A DNA stretch of 64,000 bases from an uncultured virus (IMG/VR IMGVR_UViG_3300042914_001978) (IMGVR_UViG_3300042914_001978), one strand, 5' to 3'; counted from the stretch's first letter, positions 28,778 to 41,100 are shown. Notes: generated from the sequence alone by a model not told the origin. Made by a program: numbers and translations.

Positions 28778-29128
28778 TCGAATCCTTCGGAACCATCGTT
28801 AATACGATTGTTCTTTTCATTGTGGTTGTCCTTTTCGGGGCAACAATCGTCAACCAAATCGTAGAACTATTCAAAAAATGATAGATCTATTTTTCATAAC
28901 TATGTTTGTATTCGTTTTCGGATACATCATTTACTACAACATCGATCAAATTAGAAAATACAGAAAATGAAACCCTACGCATTCATGGCCCTTGTTGTCT
29001 TGGTTACCGCTTTCTTGTGTGTGGTAACCGCCATCGAAGTAACACCGCGCAAACCAAAGGGAGAGACAGTCCATATCCTTCCCCGTGTCGAAGAGATGCC
29101 AACTAATCCTAACCCGTTTAGTTTTTGA
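28774..29128 (+). CDS. three coupled small membrane peptides (28774-28881, 28878-28970, 28967-29128)
   Basis: ATGA overlaps; the last stop overlaps the primase TTG. Confidence 0.6.
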
Positions 29129-30705
29129 TCTCTGAAACAACCATTGCTTCGATAGCGGCGAACGTCCGTCTCTCTGAAGTAGCAGGGGATTACTTCCCTG
29201 TGAAAAAGAGGGGCGGACGATTCGTTGCGCTTTGTCCTTTCCATCGGGAGAGGACTCCTTCTTTTTTTATCAATGATGAAAAAGGAAACTATAAATGTTT
29301 TGGATGCGGGGCAGGTGGGTCGGTCTTCCGCTTTGTCATGGAGATGGACAAGATTAACTTCCCAGAGGCTGTCCGTAAGCTTGGGGCCAAGGCTGGCATA
29401 GCCATAGAGGAGCAGGAAAGTGAGGCCGACAAGCTACGAAAGGGCTTGGTATCTGTGGTCTATAAAGCCCACCAAGAATTTTTCAGTTTTCTTTTAAGTA
29501 AGGAGGGGACCGAAGCCCGAAAAATCCTTAAAGAGCGCGGATTCAATAAAGAGATCTGCGAGGAATGGAAGATCGGCTTCGCCCCGAACAGGTATAATCT
29601 ATCTGGTAATACCAATCATCATACCCTATCGGGTCTAACTTACGATAACGGGACGTTGCGTTTTTCTAATCGGATTATGTTTGGGATAGCAGATGAGGCG
29701 GGTGCTCTGGTTGGATTTAGTGGGAGAACCACCGATAACCACCCTGCCAAGTATCTCAACTCCCCCGAATCCCCCCTATTCCATAAGGGAAAGCTTCTCT
29801 ACGGGCTGGATAAAGCCAAACGATCCATCATTGATTCGGGGCAAGCGGTCATTGTCGAGGGACAGATTGATACTATCAGATGCCACTTGGCTGGGATTAC
29901 CAATGCTGTTGCTCCATTAGGAACTGGGTTTACCGCTATCCATGGGGCCACCATTCGTCGCTTGTGCGAAGAAGCCATCTTGGTATTCGATGGGGACAAA
30001 GCGGGGCGAGAGGCGTCATTTAAGGCATTTGCGGGGCTGGCAAGCCTTGGGGTCAAAGTCAAGGCCGTCATGCTGGCAGATGGAGATCCCGATTCCTTTT
30101 TGGTTTCGGGGGGTGATCTTGCGAGTCTGATCTCAGAAGCTAAACTATACCCCGAAGCACTGGCTGAATCACTGGATAAAAATTCAATTGAGGATAAACA
30201 GATTGCCATGGGCAAGGTCGGGCAAGCCCTCTCAGTCTTGGAAGATGGAATCGAAAGGGATGAGTTAGCTAATCGGTGTGCCAAGCTGCTTGGTATCAAG
30301 CCCTCACAGCTAAAGAAGCAAGCCGCTATGGGCGGAGGACACATAGCCTTGCCAACCGAAACCCGCTACGGAGAGCAGAAAGGAGAGGCTTGGAAACAGT
30401 TAGTTGCCCACCTTCTACTATGCGGCAAGGCCATCGCATCAAATTATAATTGGAATTTGTTGTCGGATAGCGACATACAGATCATAATGGATTCAGACTA
30501 CGAGGCAGGGAATCCCTCCTCCATAGCCAAGGTTATTTCACAGTTGGATAATAATGCGGAGGCGGCGATAAGTGGGATATCCCACCAAGATATATCCGAT
30601 CTGGATATACATAGTATATACAAGTCCATGCTGGAAGCGGAGATCAAACGCCGCACCTCCATGGTTGACTTGATGCCCTTATTGGATACGCTCAAAAAGC
30701 TATGA
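29125..30705 (+). CDS. dnaG: DNA primase
   Basis: CPFH..CFGC zinc finger, KYLNSPE, VEGQID, FDGDKAG, DPD. Confidence 0.96.
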   Translation: MISETTIASIAANVRLSEVAGDYFPVKKRGGRFVALCPFHRERTPSFFINDEKGNYKCFGCGAGGSVFRFVMEMDKINFPEAVRKLGAKAGIAIEEQESEADKLRKGLVSVVYKAHQEFFSFLLSKEGTEARKILKERGFNKEICEEWKIGFAPNRYNLSGNTNHHTLSGLTYDNGTLRFSNRIMFGIADEAGALVGFSGRTTDNHPAKYLNSPESPLFHKGKLLYGLDKAKRSIIDSGQAVIVEGQIDTIRCHLAGITNAVAPLGTGFTAIHGATIRRLCEEAILVFDGDKAGREASFKAFAGLASLGVKVKAVMLADGDPDSFLVSGGDLASLISEAKLYPEALAESLDKNSIEDKQIAMGKVGQALSVLEDGIERDELANRCAKLLGIKPSQLKKQAAMGGGHIALPTETRYGEQKGEAWKQLVAHLLLCGKAIASNYNWNLLSDSDIQIIMDSDYEAGNPSSIAKVISQLDNNAEAAISGISHQDISDLDIHSIYKSMLEAEIKRRTSMVDLMPLLDTLKKL

Positions 30706-32054
30706 CGCTTCTCAATTTGGGCAGGCTGGGGGACAATGTAAACCTTCTTCCCGTAGCCTACTCGGAACATCTCAAAGGACGGCGTCCTACCATCGTTACC
30801 TCGGCAAAGTATGCCGATATCTTTGAGGGAGTTAGCTATTGTGATGTCAAAAAGTATAGCGGAGACCCCGTAGAACTACAGCACTGCATCAACCTCTGTC
30901 AATCCTTGCCCGATCTTCGGGTCTTCCAATGGTTCATGCACCCCAAACAGACCAGACAGGAACGCAACTACGCTTTGGAATGTTACCGCTTGGGAAGATT
31001 TCCCGAACTATGGAGACGCTATCCCTATGTGTTTGATCGGCGCAATCCCGAACGGGAACATCAATTACTAAACCAGATTTTTCCGAAGGTCTATGATATC
31101 CAGCCCTTCATTGCCGTGGCGACCAAGGGAGTCTCTTCGCCATTCGCGCATAGCAAACAATTGATAGATGGATTGCAATCCAGATTCCCCGAATACAAAA
31201 TTGTAGACCTCTCCAATATCCAAGCAGAAAAGCCCTTTGACTTACTCGGAGTTTTGGATGCGGCGTCCTGCCTCGTCACTATCGACACCCTCCATCTATG
31301 GCTTTCCAATGCCTCCAAATGCCCCGTAGTGGCACTTTTAAACGATGGATATATGGGAAGTCCACCCTCAACCCGCACCATTGCCTCCTTCCGCTACAGA
31401 GATTTCCACCTAAATCAGGTGTGCGACGAAGTGGAAAAATCCCTCCTCCCCGCTGGTCAGGTATGGGGAATTGTCCACCAACACGGCAACGAACGCCGAC
31501 ACAAAGTAGCACTTAAAAGCTATTCCAAATTTGATACACTCCTAACTACCAAGACTCTTTCTCGGACGGCGCAATCTCTGGGAGACCATAGACCTCTACG
31601 GATGCTCAAGGATATGCTGGGCCACGCTCTGAAGTTTGCCAGTTATCGGGACATTATCATCTGGACAAACGACGATGTGGAAATTCTGGATCTGTTTCCA
31701 GTGGTTAACCATGTGAGACAATTCGGGGCCGTCACCATCCGCCGCGACCCCTCTCATATGGGCAGGGAGATGATGGCTTTCCGCTGGGACTGGCTGGCAG
31801 ACCGATTCCACAACTTCCCCGATGGAGTCATGGCTGGGCCGTGGTTTGATCTGGCTATCGCGGCTTGGGTTCGTAACCACTTTGGCTGGCGGTCGGATTT
31901 TGAGAATATCAAGGAGGACAGATTCCCTTGCGAGATCCCGAATGATGGGATATTTTACCACCCCGATGACCATGAATCATCATGGACTTCCTACATGGAT
32001 GCCCCTGCCTCCAAGTGGAATGAGAGACTATGGAAAATGGAGATAAGCAAATGA
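30702..32054 (+). CDS. glycosyltransferase, GT9-like N-terminus with second domain
   Basis: LGRLGDNV, LVTIDTLHLWL..PVVAL; later WTNDDV. Confidence 0.65.
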   Translation: MTLLNLGRLGDNVNLLPVAYSEHLKGRRPTIVTSAKYADIFEGVSYCDVKKYSGDPVELQHCINLCQSLPDLRVFQWFMHPKQTRQERNYALECYRLGRFPELWRRYPYVFDRRNPEREHQLLNQIFPKVYDIQPFIAVATKGVSSPFAHSKQLIDGLQSRFPEYKIVDLSNIQAEKPFDLLGVLDAASCLVTIDTLHLWLSNASKCPVVALLNDGYMGSPPSTRTIASFRYRDFHLNQVCDEVEKSLLPAGQVWGIVHQHGNERRHKVALKSYSKFDTLLTTKTLSRTAQSLGDHRPLRMLKDMLGHALKFASYRDIIIWTNDDVEILDLFPVVNHVRQFGAVTIRRDPSHMGREMMAFRWDWLADRFHNFPDGVMAGPWFDLAIAAWVRNHFGWRSDFENIKEDRFPCEIPNDGIFYHPDDHESSWTSYMDAPASKWNERLWKMEISK

Positions 32055-32560
32055 GAAAACTAAACTTGGGATGCGGAAGCAACATTCTGAATGGATGGGA
32101 GAATCATGATGCGGATTTGGATATAAGTAAGCCACTTCCATACGAAGACAATTCAATTGATTTCATCTTTGCGGAGCATGTGGTCGAGCATACCACAACC
32201 CCTGATGCCGTGAGGTTTTTCACCGAATCCTACCGAATCTTAAAACCAGATGGGATACTACGGATTGCGGTTCCTAGCGTAGACAAGATCTACGATTTGG
32301 CAGACGGGCCGTATCTCAAGTGGCACGGGCAATCTGGATTCGGGGATGGATCGAAACGAAAAGCTGTTCAGTCTATCCTATTGGATCACGGCCATCTCTC
32401 GGCTTGGAATCATTCGATCCTTGAAGCTTGTTTTTTTGCTGCGGGATTTGATCCAGATAAAATTTGTGGTTGCGGATTTAGTGAACTGGAGGGTCATGGC
32501 AAGGTAATCGGGGATCACAACAACAGAATTGAAACTATTATTATGGAGGCAGTGAAGTAA
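32051..32560 (+). CDS. class I SAM methyltransferase
   Basis: KLNLGCG, EHVVEH, RILKPDG.LRIAVP. Confidence 0.9.
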   Translation: MRKLNLGCGSNILNGWENHDADLDISKPLPYEDNSIDFIFAEHVVEHTTTPDAVRFFTESYRILKPDGILRIAVPSVDKIYDLADGPYLKWHGQSGFGDGSKRKAVQSILLDHGHLSAWNHSILEACFFAAGFDPDKICGCGFSELEGHGKVIGDHNNRIETIIMEAVK

Positions 32561-33121
32561 ATGTTAATTCAAGACGGACATCTCGGAGGGTTTATCCAAG
32601 GCGGAGACCCCGATACCTATGACCCAGTCATATGGCAAAAACTGATCGATACGTTCAAGCCAAAGAACCTGATTGATGTTGGATGCGGCGAGGGTCATTC
32701 AGTCAAGTGGTTCGTGGACAATGGTGTGGATGCCATTGGAATTGAAGGCTCGCACAAGGCTTTGGAGAATAGCCCCGTCAAAGACCGTATCATCCTCCAT
32801 GATTACACCAAAGGCCCATATAAAGTTGAATCAGAATTTGATATGGCTTGGTCTTGCGAGTTTGTTGAACACGTTGAGCAGAGGTATGTGAACAATTATA
32901 TGGCTACGTTTAATTCAGCCAAGATCGTGGCCATGACCTACTCTGAACCACAGTGGAGTGACGGGGGCCACCACCATGTCAATTGCCAGCCGCAATCCTA
33001 CTGGAATGACATCTTTGAATTCTGGGGCTACGACTGGATGGAAGAGTTCTCGCGGGATTTGAGGTCTATTGCTACGGCGCGTTGGGTTAAGCCCACACTA
33101 TCCATCTATCGTAAGAAATGA
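32561..33121 (+). CDS. class I SAM methyltransferase
   Basis: IDVGCGEG, SCEFVEHV, HHVNCQPQSYW. Confidence 0.88.
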   Translation: MLIQDGHLGGFIQGGDPDTYDPVIWQKLIDTFKPKNLIDVGCGEGHSVKWFVDNGVDAIGIEGSHKALENSPVKDRIILHDYTKGPYKVESEFDMAWSCEFVEHVEQRYVNNYMATFNSAKIVAMTYSEPQWSDGGHHHVNCQPQSYWNDIFEFWGYDWMEEFSRDLRSIATARWVKPTLSIYRKK

Positions 33122-33762
33122 ATTACGTTGTTGGTTCGGGCTACCACTACCGATCTGATTGGGATCGGTCTTTTTATGATATCTGGCGTGAGAACACCGA
33201 AAGATATACCCACGATTACCATATCATCTCAACTGTCAGGAATGTTCCAGCAATCAACCACATCCTCTGCAACCATAATGCTGGGCATGTCGGGGATCTG
33301 ATCAAGGAAGGGCGTGAAGGGCTCTGCGGATGGTCGGCATCTATCTGCGCCCTAGCTATGATTGCCTACAACTGTGGCAAGGATTTTATCTACAAAGAAG
33401 CTGATTGCTTGTGGTTCGGGCCTGTCCCAGAACGCATGTATCAGGATCTCGGTGATAAGGGCATGGTCTTCGGGGCGAAGATGGGTGCCGCGCCTTGGAT
33501 GGCTTGCGCTCAATCCACCTTCCTGATCCGCCATAGTTTCATTCTGGATTTCTTGAGGGGTTATCTCTTTCTTCCCCATGACAAGGATATGCTCCCAGAA
33601 GATAAGTTTGTGAAGCTTGAGGAGAATAGCCCAGACCGATACGGAAGGCTTTCCTTCGGGGTTGACCGCATGAGGCCGCTACCTTGGGACGCCGAAGTAT
33701 GGTATGCCCAGCAATGGACTCAGGAAGAACTGGACGAGGCTAAGAATCGCGGATTACTGTAA
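33118..33762 (+). CDS. putative glycosyltransferase-like protein
   Basis: DFIYKEADCL acidic motif; cluster context. Confidence 0.45.
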   Translation: MNYVVGSGYHYRSDWDRSFYDIWRENTERYTHDYHIISTVRNVPAINHILCNHNAGHVGDLIKEGREGLCGWSASICALAMIAYNCGKDFIYKEADCLWFGPVPERMYQDLGDKGMVFGAKMGAAPWMACAQSTFLIRHSFILDFLRGYLFLPHDKDMLPEDKFVKLEENSPDRYGRLSFGVDRMRPLPWDAEVWYAQQWTQEELDEAKNRGLL

Positions 33763-34395
33763 AATAACTTCTCCCTTGAATAAGCCTCGGTTTTGGCTGA
33801 GTCGGGAAGCCACTCCAGAAAATGTGGAGAACGTCCTGACAAAGTAATTGAAGTGGGACATCAAGAAAAGATCCAGCACTCCGTCTCCGCCCGTCAAATC
33901 CCAAGAAACCGCGCACCCATCCTTGCGATCATTGGAGAAAACCACAATGGCGGGATCTTCCAAGCCCCATGATTCTATGGCCTGTTTTGTCTTGTCCATG
34001 TATTGGTCTTTGGTGAAGTAGAACTTTCCATCATTCCAGTGATCGTAGTCCCCGTGGCGCATATGGACGGCCACCAAATCCCGATTACCAAAGCTATCTA
34101 CCATTGACTTGATCTTGTCTTGGTATTCTGGCTTTAAATCTAGCTCAGTAAACCTCAACAAATTGCCAGCATCCTTGGTTTCCTCCCACTCTATAAGGCG
34201 GAATTTATCCATGTTTTTATGGTAGTATTCTCCGCATCGAAACTTGTCAGAGTTGAAGTAGTGGCGGCAACTATCCATGTATGGGAAGTAGAGATCCTCT
34301 ACTTCGGGATAGGTGTTGAATACATGGTATAGAACTACCAATTGGTTGCCAAGACCAACTGGCTTCTTGAACGCAAATCCGCTTTTCTTTTTCAC
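33754..34395 (-). CDS. GT11 (alpha-1,2-fucosyltransferase)-like protein
   Basis: GLGNQL, VAVHMRHGDY, DLFLMS..STFS; GTG start coupled to the upstream stop. Confidence 0.75.
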   Translation of the reverse strand: MKKKSGFAFKKPVGLGNQLVVLYHVFNTYPEVEDLYFPYMDSCRHYFNSDKFRCGEYYHKNMDKFRLIEWEETKDAGNLLRFTELDLKPEYQDKIKSMVDSFGNRDLVAVHMRHGDYDHWNDGKFYFTKDQYMDKTKQAIESWGLEDPAIVVFSNDRKDGCAVSWDLTGGDGVLDLFLMSHFNYFVRTFSTFSGVASRLSQNRGLFKGEVILQ

Positions 34396-34970
34396 TTGAT
34401 GAATAATAGCTTGTAGCAATGCTCAAAGACAAACTCATTGTCGGGATTTTCCCGCAACCAAGAAGCAATGAGCTTATATTTCTCTTTGGTCACAGACAGC
34501 AACACATCTCTTGATGCCATGAAAAAGCAGCAAGTTTCGGTCTCGTAGCGGTATGGAAGGGTCAAATTAAATCTCCAGCAGAAATCCACAATAGCCTCTT
34601 TGTTTCGGATGGTTGGAATATCAATGAATCCATTGACGATTTCCCTTTTGTGAAATGTCGGGTTGTCCTTCCTCCAAGTGCATGGGAATTGATAGAAATC
34701 GATATCTTGTTCGGCATGTTCAATAAATTTATCAATAGATGGCTGGTGATTATGCAAATCATCCTGAATGAAGATGGTTTTATCTGCTAGATTGTCATAG
34801 TTCTCTAGGATGTGGAGGATGTATACCGATCCTTCGCGCCCATAATTGGCTATCGGAATATCAGTAACTCTGTTTACTGGCTTTCCAGATTTATTATAGA
34901 CCCAAAGGTCGCCCGAAAGATCCAAGAAATCCAGAGAAGAATGATGGGATACTACAATTCTCCCATTCAT
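34392..34970 (-). CDS. DUF3431-like protein
   Basis: VYNK, NYGREGSVYILHILENYDNL..TIFIQD, FEHCY. Confidence 0.75.
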   Translation of the reverse strand: MNGRIVVSHHSSLDFLDLSGDLWVYNKSGKPVNRVTDIPIANYGREGSVYILHILENYDNLADKTIFIQDDLHNHQPSIDKFIEHAEQDIDFYQFPCTWRKDNPTFHKREIVNGFIDIPTIRNKEAIVDFCWRFNLTLPYRYETETCCFFMASRDVLLSVTKEKYKLIASWLRENPDNEFVFEHCYKLLFIK

Positions 34971-34976
34971 ATCTCA

Positions 34977-35159
34977 TCAGCGTCCGCTACGGATGCGGGC
35001 CAGTTCTGCCTCGCGCTCCTTGGCCTGCTTGTCGATATCGTTTTTGAGCTTGGTTGTTATGCGCTTGAGATCTGTGTCCATGAATCTGAAGAAGTAGGCC
35101 CACTCAACACCTGTAGCAAAGTAAGCATAGGCTTGTTCGTTGCCAGTATAAATACTCAT
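34977..35159 (-). CDS. hypothetical protein
   Basis: 60 aa between co-oriented genes. Confidence 0.45.
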   Translation of the reverse strand: MSIYTGNEQAYAYFATGVEWAYFFRFMDTDLKRITTKLKNDIDKQAKEREAELARIRSGR

Positions 35160-35191
35160 CTCTTCATCGCTTAGAAGTTGCGCGGTTTGAT

Positions 35192-38100
35192 CTAGTCTTT
35201 GGAATCCCGATACATTGTCTTGGCAGCTTCCTCGGTGGCGCGAAGCAATGCCTTTTGGGTGAGGTAGTAGTCGCGGGAAATACCATTGGCCTCAAGATCC
35301 TTCTGTTTCATTTTTCCAGAACGAACCATGCCGACCACTCGGAATTCGGGGCGGCGGCGGATGGCGTTGATAACGTCTTTACGTGATAGATCAGGGCGCT
35401 TGGCTTTGAGATCTTTGAGGGCGCGGTTGAATTCTCGTTGATTGTCATCTGTCACAGCAAAGAAGATCTTGGCATATTCTTGGGTTACTGGTTCGGTGCG
35501 CTGTTCCTTCTCGTATTCTTTGATTTTTTTCTGGAAGTCTTCGGTCTTGGGTTCGTCGTTAAGCACATCTGCAACCCGTTCTTTGAGTTTGAATCCAAGT
35601 TCTCCAGTTTGAATCACGCCAGCAAGCGGAGTTCCGTAGGCAATACCAGCGATCCCAGCAGCCTTTTTAATAGTGCGATATGTGGTGTCCCAGAACTTGG
35701 GATCACCAGTAACCTCGTCAATCTTATCTTCGCTTACCTCGTCAAGCGCCCTCTTGGCAAGAAGCATTGTGTCGTAAACCCCGAAAACAAAACTAGAAAT
35801 AAGATCAATCTGCATGGGCTTACGCATGTTTTGCGGAGAGAACAGCGTTTCCGTAAGATTTTGCAGGGTGCTACCAACAACAGGAACAATGGAGAGCGGC
35901 GTTCCTGCAACCTTTCCAAGAAGTTGACCCCAAGTCTTTTCTTCATCTTCATCTGGCGGGAATAGAAGGCTGTAGAATGCGTTAGATATGGCCCTGCTTG
36001 CGGCCAAGCTTATTGAGAGAAACGTCAATTGGTATGCGGCATCACGCAAGTTTTCTCTTCCACCCTGTTGCGCCTTTAGCATGGCCTCGGCAAACAAAGA
36101 ATACTGTTTGCTGACTGCGCTTTGGAACATGATAAATACTTTGAATACAGGGTTGCGCCCAGCAAACTGAAACACCCCAGTTCTGTCGGCACCATGGGCT
36201 GTGTTTTCTGAACGGAACATCATCTTCGTCCACTCACGGGCCACAGCTTCATTAAATTCTTCGGTTCCTTTTTCAAGGGTGGTGCGGTCTTGAACAACTT
36301 GTTGCGCCAGCTTGTAACGAACCAGCGCACCCCAACGATCAGTTCCCTCAAGCCAACTCATGGCGGCAGTCTCAAGATTCTTTCTCCATTTGCGATTTGA
36401 TGGTGCATTGGAAAGACCGCTAGTAAACTCTTGAATAAACCCACCGTCTCCATATCGTTCGTTGTAATACGGGGCGTATTTGGAAAGAACGTTTGCCATC
36501 TCAATCCTGTCGGATTTTTTGGTAGCTTTAAGTCCAGCGGGAAATGCTTGTGCCAAATATTTGAATCCATCTTTTCCGTAGTAGGCTACAGCAATCGGAA
36601 TACCCACAGGGTTTTGCATGGCAGCATGGAGCTTGAAACCAAGAACACCAACACCAGCATTACCAACCAGTGTGGAGAGAAGGCCAGCGGGAATTCCAGC
36701 GGGAGGTGTGGTCTGCTGCCTAACCATCTCTCGGATCATGGTTAGCCCATCCTCGCCAATCTTGGAAGCTAATGGGCGGGCGATGGCGGGGTCTCCTAAG
36801 ACCATTTCGATATCGCGGACAATGGGAAGGTATGCCCCGATCCTTGCGTCATTGGTCACATGATAGTCAAGACGCTCAAGGAAATCCACGGCGCGGAGCT
36901 TGGACTTGGAACGCTCGTCACGTTCCTTGAGATAGCCCACATCATCCACGCGCCTTTGATAATAGGCGATATAATCCAAATCTTTTTTAACTTCTGTGGC
37001 GCGAGTCCACTTGTCTGCGGTTCTCGGATAGTAGGTTCCAGAGACAGCCTTAATGCCGTGACCGTAGGCTTGGACAGAAGCATTCTCCAAGATCTGGAAT
37101 AGATCATTGTTATAGAGTTCCACCATCATATCCACCATCTGGTTATCCTGATCGGTAGCCTTATTTAGAATTTCGATATAGGTTTCTGGCGTGATCTTGA
37201 CGGTGTCCACTTCGGCTAGATCAAGGCGATCAATGACGTAGCCCCCAGAATTGACGGCACGTTTGAGGTTACTCGGATCGCGCATAGAGGCGAGAATGTC
37301 CAGCAATTCATAGCGGCGGACTTTGATGGGCTTGGTTCTGCCAGCGGAATCAACACCAGTAAGTTCGATAACCTCTTTGGAATATAGATCGTAGTCCTTG
37401 GTTCCGATTTCCAGTCCAGTAATCTCTTTAACTCTGGATTCGATCTTCTTCTTGAGATCACGGCGCACACGCAACTCGTCCTGATAGGCGTCTAAGGTAA
37501 GGCGGTCATAGACAAATTCGCTGAGTTTGTTTAACCCAAAAGCCCGAAGAATATTCTCCACCCTAGCCCCTTTGTAGATAGCGACCTTATTGAATAACCC
37601 GATACCCTGTCCTCCGTCTTTGCGGGCCTTGGCAATTGATTTAACCTTGTCAATTTCCTCGGAAATCCCTGTAATAATTTCTTGTCTGGTTTCTTGTTTA
37701 TTAAACAGCATCTCTCCCCTAGCTACTTTATCGGCGTGGAGTGTGGTGTTGATGATACGGGAGATCTCTTTAAGGGCATCCAGTCCAAGGGACTTGTCGA
37801 TCTTGATAGCGCCCAAGGCTCCTTTTTGTTTGAGATACTTTTCAATGGCCAGATCCTGCAACGCACCCACGGGGTCTGCCTCATAGCGACTGATGGCATC
37901 TTCGATCTTGGCTCTAGTTTCGGGGCCGATCCCCTTCTTGCTGTAGGTCTCGACAAAATCCCGAAGAACGGCCATAGCTTCTTGGCCAATCTCATTTGCT
38001 TTTACAGCCTTCTGGGCGCGGTCTAAGGACTTCTTGGCTCCCGTTACAGCCTCATCCAATCGGGCTTGATTGAGGCCATTCTGGGCGGCTTCTACCACCT

Positions 38101-41100
38101 TCTTGAGTCCTTCTAGGCCAGTCGCCCGCTCCAAAGTTAGAAGCTGGTCTCCAAGATATTGCTTGGGCACCACCTCCCGAAGGATCTGCTTGGCTTGGCG
38201 AAGCTGCTCTTCGATCTGCTTTTTCTCGGTGGCCTTGTCGGTCTTGGGTTTCTTGACCCCGATATCGTAGGCAATACGGATGGCCTCGGCTATGGAATCG
38301 ATAGACCCAGTAGCCTCTTCCAGCTTGATCATCCGCTCCTTCTCGCGCTGCTGTCTAGCAGTTACAGCAGGCAAGGCCCGATCCATGCGGACTCTGGCGC
38401 GTTCCTTGGAGTCTGTTGCGTTCTGGGCTAGTTGGTAGACGTTGGCAAAGTCGTTAGCCGTCTTGTCGGCTTGGGCTACATCAAGATTTGTAAATTGAAC
38501 GATGGCATTCTTGAGTGCCGCTGCCCCCAACCCCGACTCCATCCAAGTAGCCATGATGTCTTGCAATGAATAGGTAAGCTCTTTACCAACAGCAGTTTCT
38601 GATCTGCTATCAAGGATATCAGAGGCCCGCTTCAAGAGACGCAATGCTTCGGCCTCGCTGGTTCCTTTTTCGGGCTTGGCAATCTCCTTGCCCTCCACCT
38701 TCACTGTCGGCATTAGCCCGCCATTAAGTTCTAGCCAAGTTGCCGCAATATAAGGATTGTAGGCTTCTCCTAGATTAAAGAATTGGGGATTAAGAAAGTC
38801 TCCCAAGGTCATGCCGTTTTGGTAGCTGGCTTGGGCTTCTTCGCGCAACTCGGCAGGAACCTCATCAGGAAGGATAGAATGTCCCGTCACTAACTCTTGT
38901 GCTTTCTTGGCTTCGGAGCGTTGGGTCACTGCTTCTTCTGTTGTTTCGTTAGAGACTTCTTCGTTGGTTTCGGGGTCGGGCGGGGCCATCGGAGGAACGC
39001 CAGTCACGGGAGGTTCGGGCGGCTGTATGGTTGGCGGCATTGCTGGTGTAGTCACATCCATGCCCGCTCGTAGATTTGCATCTATCCTTTCTTGAACCGT
39101 TGCTCCACGGGCTGGAGCTTCAAGTTCTGCCAAAGAGTTGGTGGCGTCTATTACTGCCGCTGCCATTGTGTCGCTTTCAAAGCCAAATATGTCCCGAACA
39201 AGTCTTACGAAACGCTCGTAAATGGACGGCTGGTTTTTGACCTTAATATTTTTGAGAAGATCTTGAAACTCTGTCGAACTCCAAGTCTGTGCGATAAACT
39301 CATCCAAATTTGCTAAGGCATAAAACTCGTTTGAGGTAAAGTTCTTGCCAGTAAACTTGTTGATAAGTGGTATCTTCCGCGCAACAGCCTTGTTCATGGA
39401 GTATGTTGGATCTAGATCAGCCAACCCTCCGTCTCTGAAATATTCATTAGTCAAACCAAGCTCATCTAACGTTTGCTTGTATAGATTAATAATTCTTTTA
39501 ATTTGATCTGGTGTGTCTGGACTAGCCAAGGCTTTGTCCAAGGCATTCATGTAATCCTTACCACGAACATGCTTGGATCTATCGGCCACATATTTCCTCA
39601 TGGCGTCCGCCGTTAGACTGTGTGCAACTTCGTGGATTATGGTTCTGATTGAGACCAAAAATTCCTGACCACCAGATGTGGCGGGAACACGAATGAATCC
39701 CTCGTTGGCGCGGTATGCCCTGTCTCCACCGCGAGCCTTTTTAATGAAGTCTGCGTCTAGAAGACGAAGAGGAAGTTTTGCCAAAACAGACGCCGCCCTG
39801 CGGAGTATTTGGGCTTCGGTTAAGGATCTTCCCTCTGCCGTCTTTAACTGTGCCCCAAGGTTTAGCCCAGCTATATAACGAAGGGCTTCCCTTGCTGTTA
39901 GTTCAAAAAGTTTTGAAGACGGAACAGATTCAGAAGCTATTGTTTGGCTTGCACTGGCTGCTTCTTCGGCTGCGAAATCGACAATCGGCGGCGATACATC
40001 TCCCGCAACCTCGCGAGCGTTTCCGTTATCTGGAAATCGCTCATTCCACTTTGTTTCTGCGGCGGGGGTGGCGGCTGCAATTTCGTCGGCAGTGAAACCT
40101 CGGCTGCTTGCTTCTTGGATGTATCTTTTTGCATCATTTGAATTAAGCAGCCTTTGTTCTGTTAATATTCCAGACAGTGCCGCTCGCTCTAGTATTGAAA
40201 GCTTACTGAGTTCAGCCTGTGCCGCAAGGCGTTTTTTGATTACGCTTACTGGAATCCCATACGTTTTTCCGTCATATCCTTCAAAGAAAAATCCAGCAGG
40301 GGCGGGTTGCTCTTTTTTGAGCATGTCTATCGGAACTTCAAATACTTCATTATTGAATATTGATGTAGCTGTTTTCTCGTCTATATCGTATTCCTTGGCA
40401 ATTCTCGCCACTTCTTCGGGAGTGGTGAGTGCTGGCGGGACATAGACATCCCCAACCAGCGCCCATCCTTCGGGCATACGAACGTTCGGTGGAACTTGAT
40501 CCACTCCGATACGAAGCCCCTTGGAAATGGCCTCTGCTGCGGCTACGCTGGCCCCTGTGTCGATTTGGATCTTTCGGGCTTCGGGGGTCAAGCGGGGGCG
40601 CTGATCTTGTGGGAGAGCATCAATACCAGCCTGCGTAATGACTTGCTGGCCTTTGTATTCCTCGGCAAATCCTTGCTCAACAAGAGACTCAAACTCTGCT
40701 GGAGTTGCTTCAGCGCGAGCCACACGCCCGATTGACTCAACTTGAGGCTCGGCAATAAACGCCGCTTGACCAGCAGCTACCCTGCGAGCTTGTGCTTCCT
40801 GCTCTAGGCGGGTCGCTTCTGCGGTTGCGCGTTGCTCAAGTTCCCTGACCCCTGCTTCAACTTCTCCAACAGTTTCGGGGATCGCGCCAGCTTCGACAGC
40901 AGGGCGAACCTCCGTGCGGATTGAGGACTTGTATCTTTGGTATTCTGGGTTGCTTTCATAATTTGATATATCTTGATCTAAAAGGAGGAAAGGTTCTGCC
41001 ATTGCCGCCCTTTGATCTTCGGATATGGGCAGAGCATCGATGATTCTGAGCGCACTGTCAATGAGTCTGTTGGCTTGGGAGATCTGTTCTGGCTGAACCT

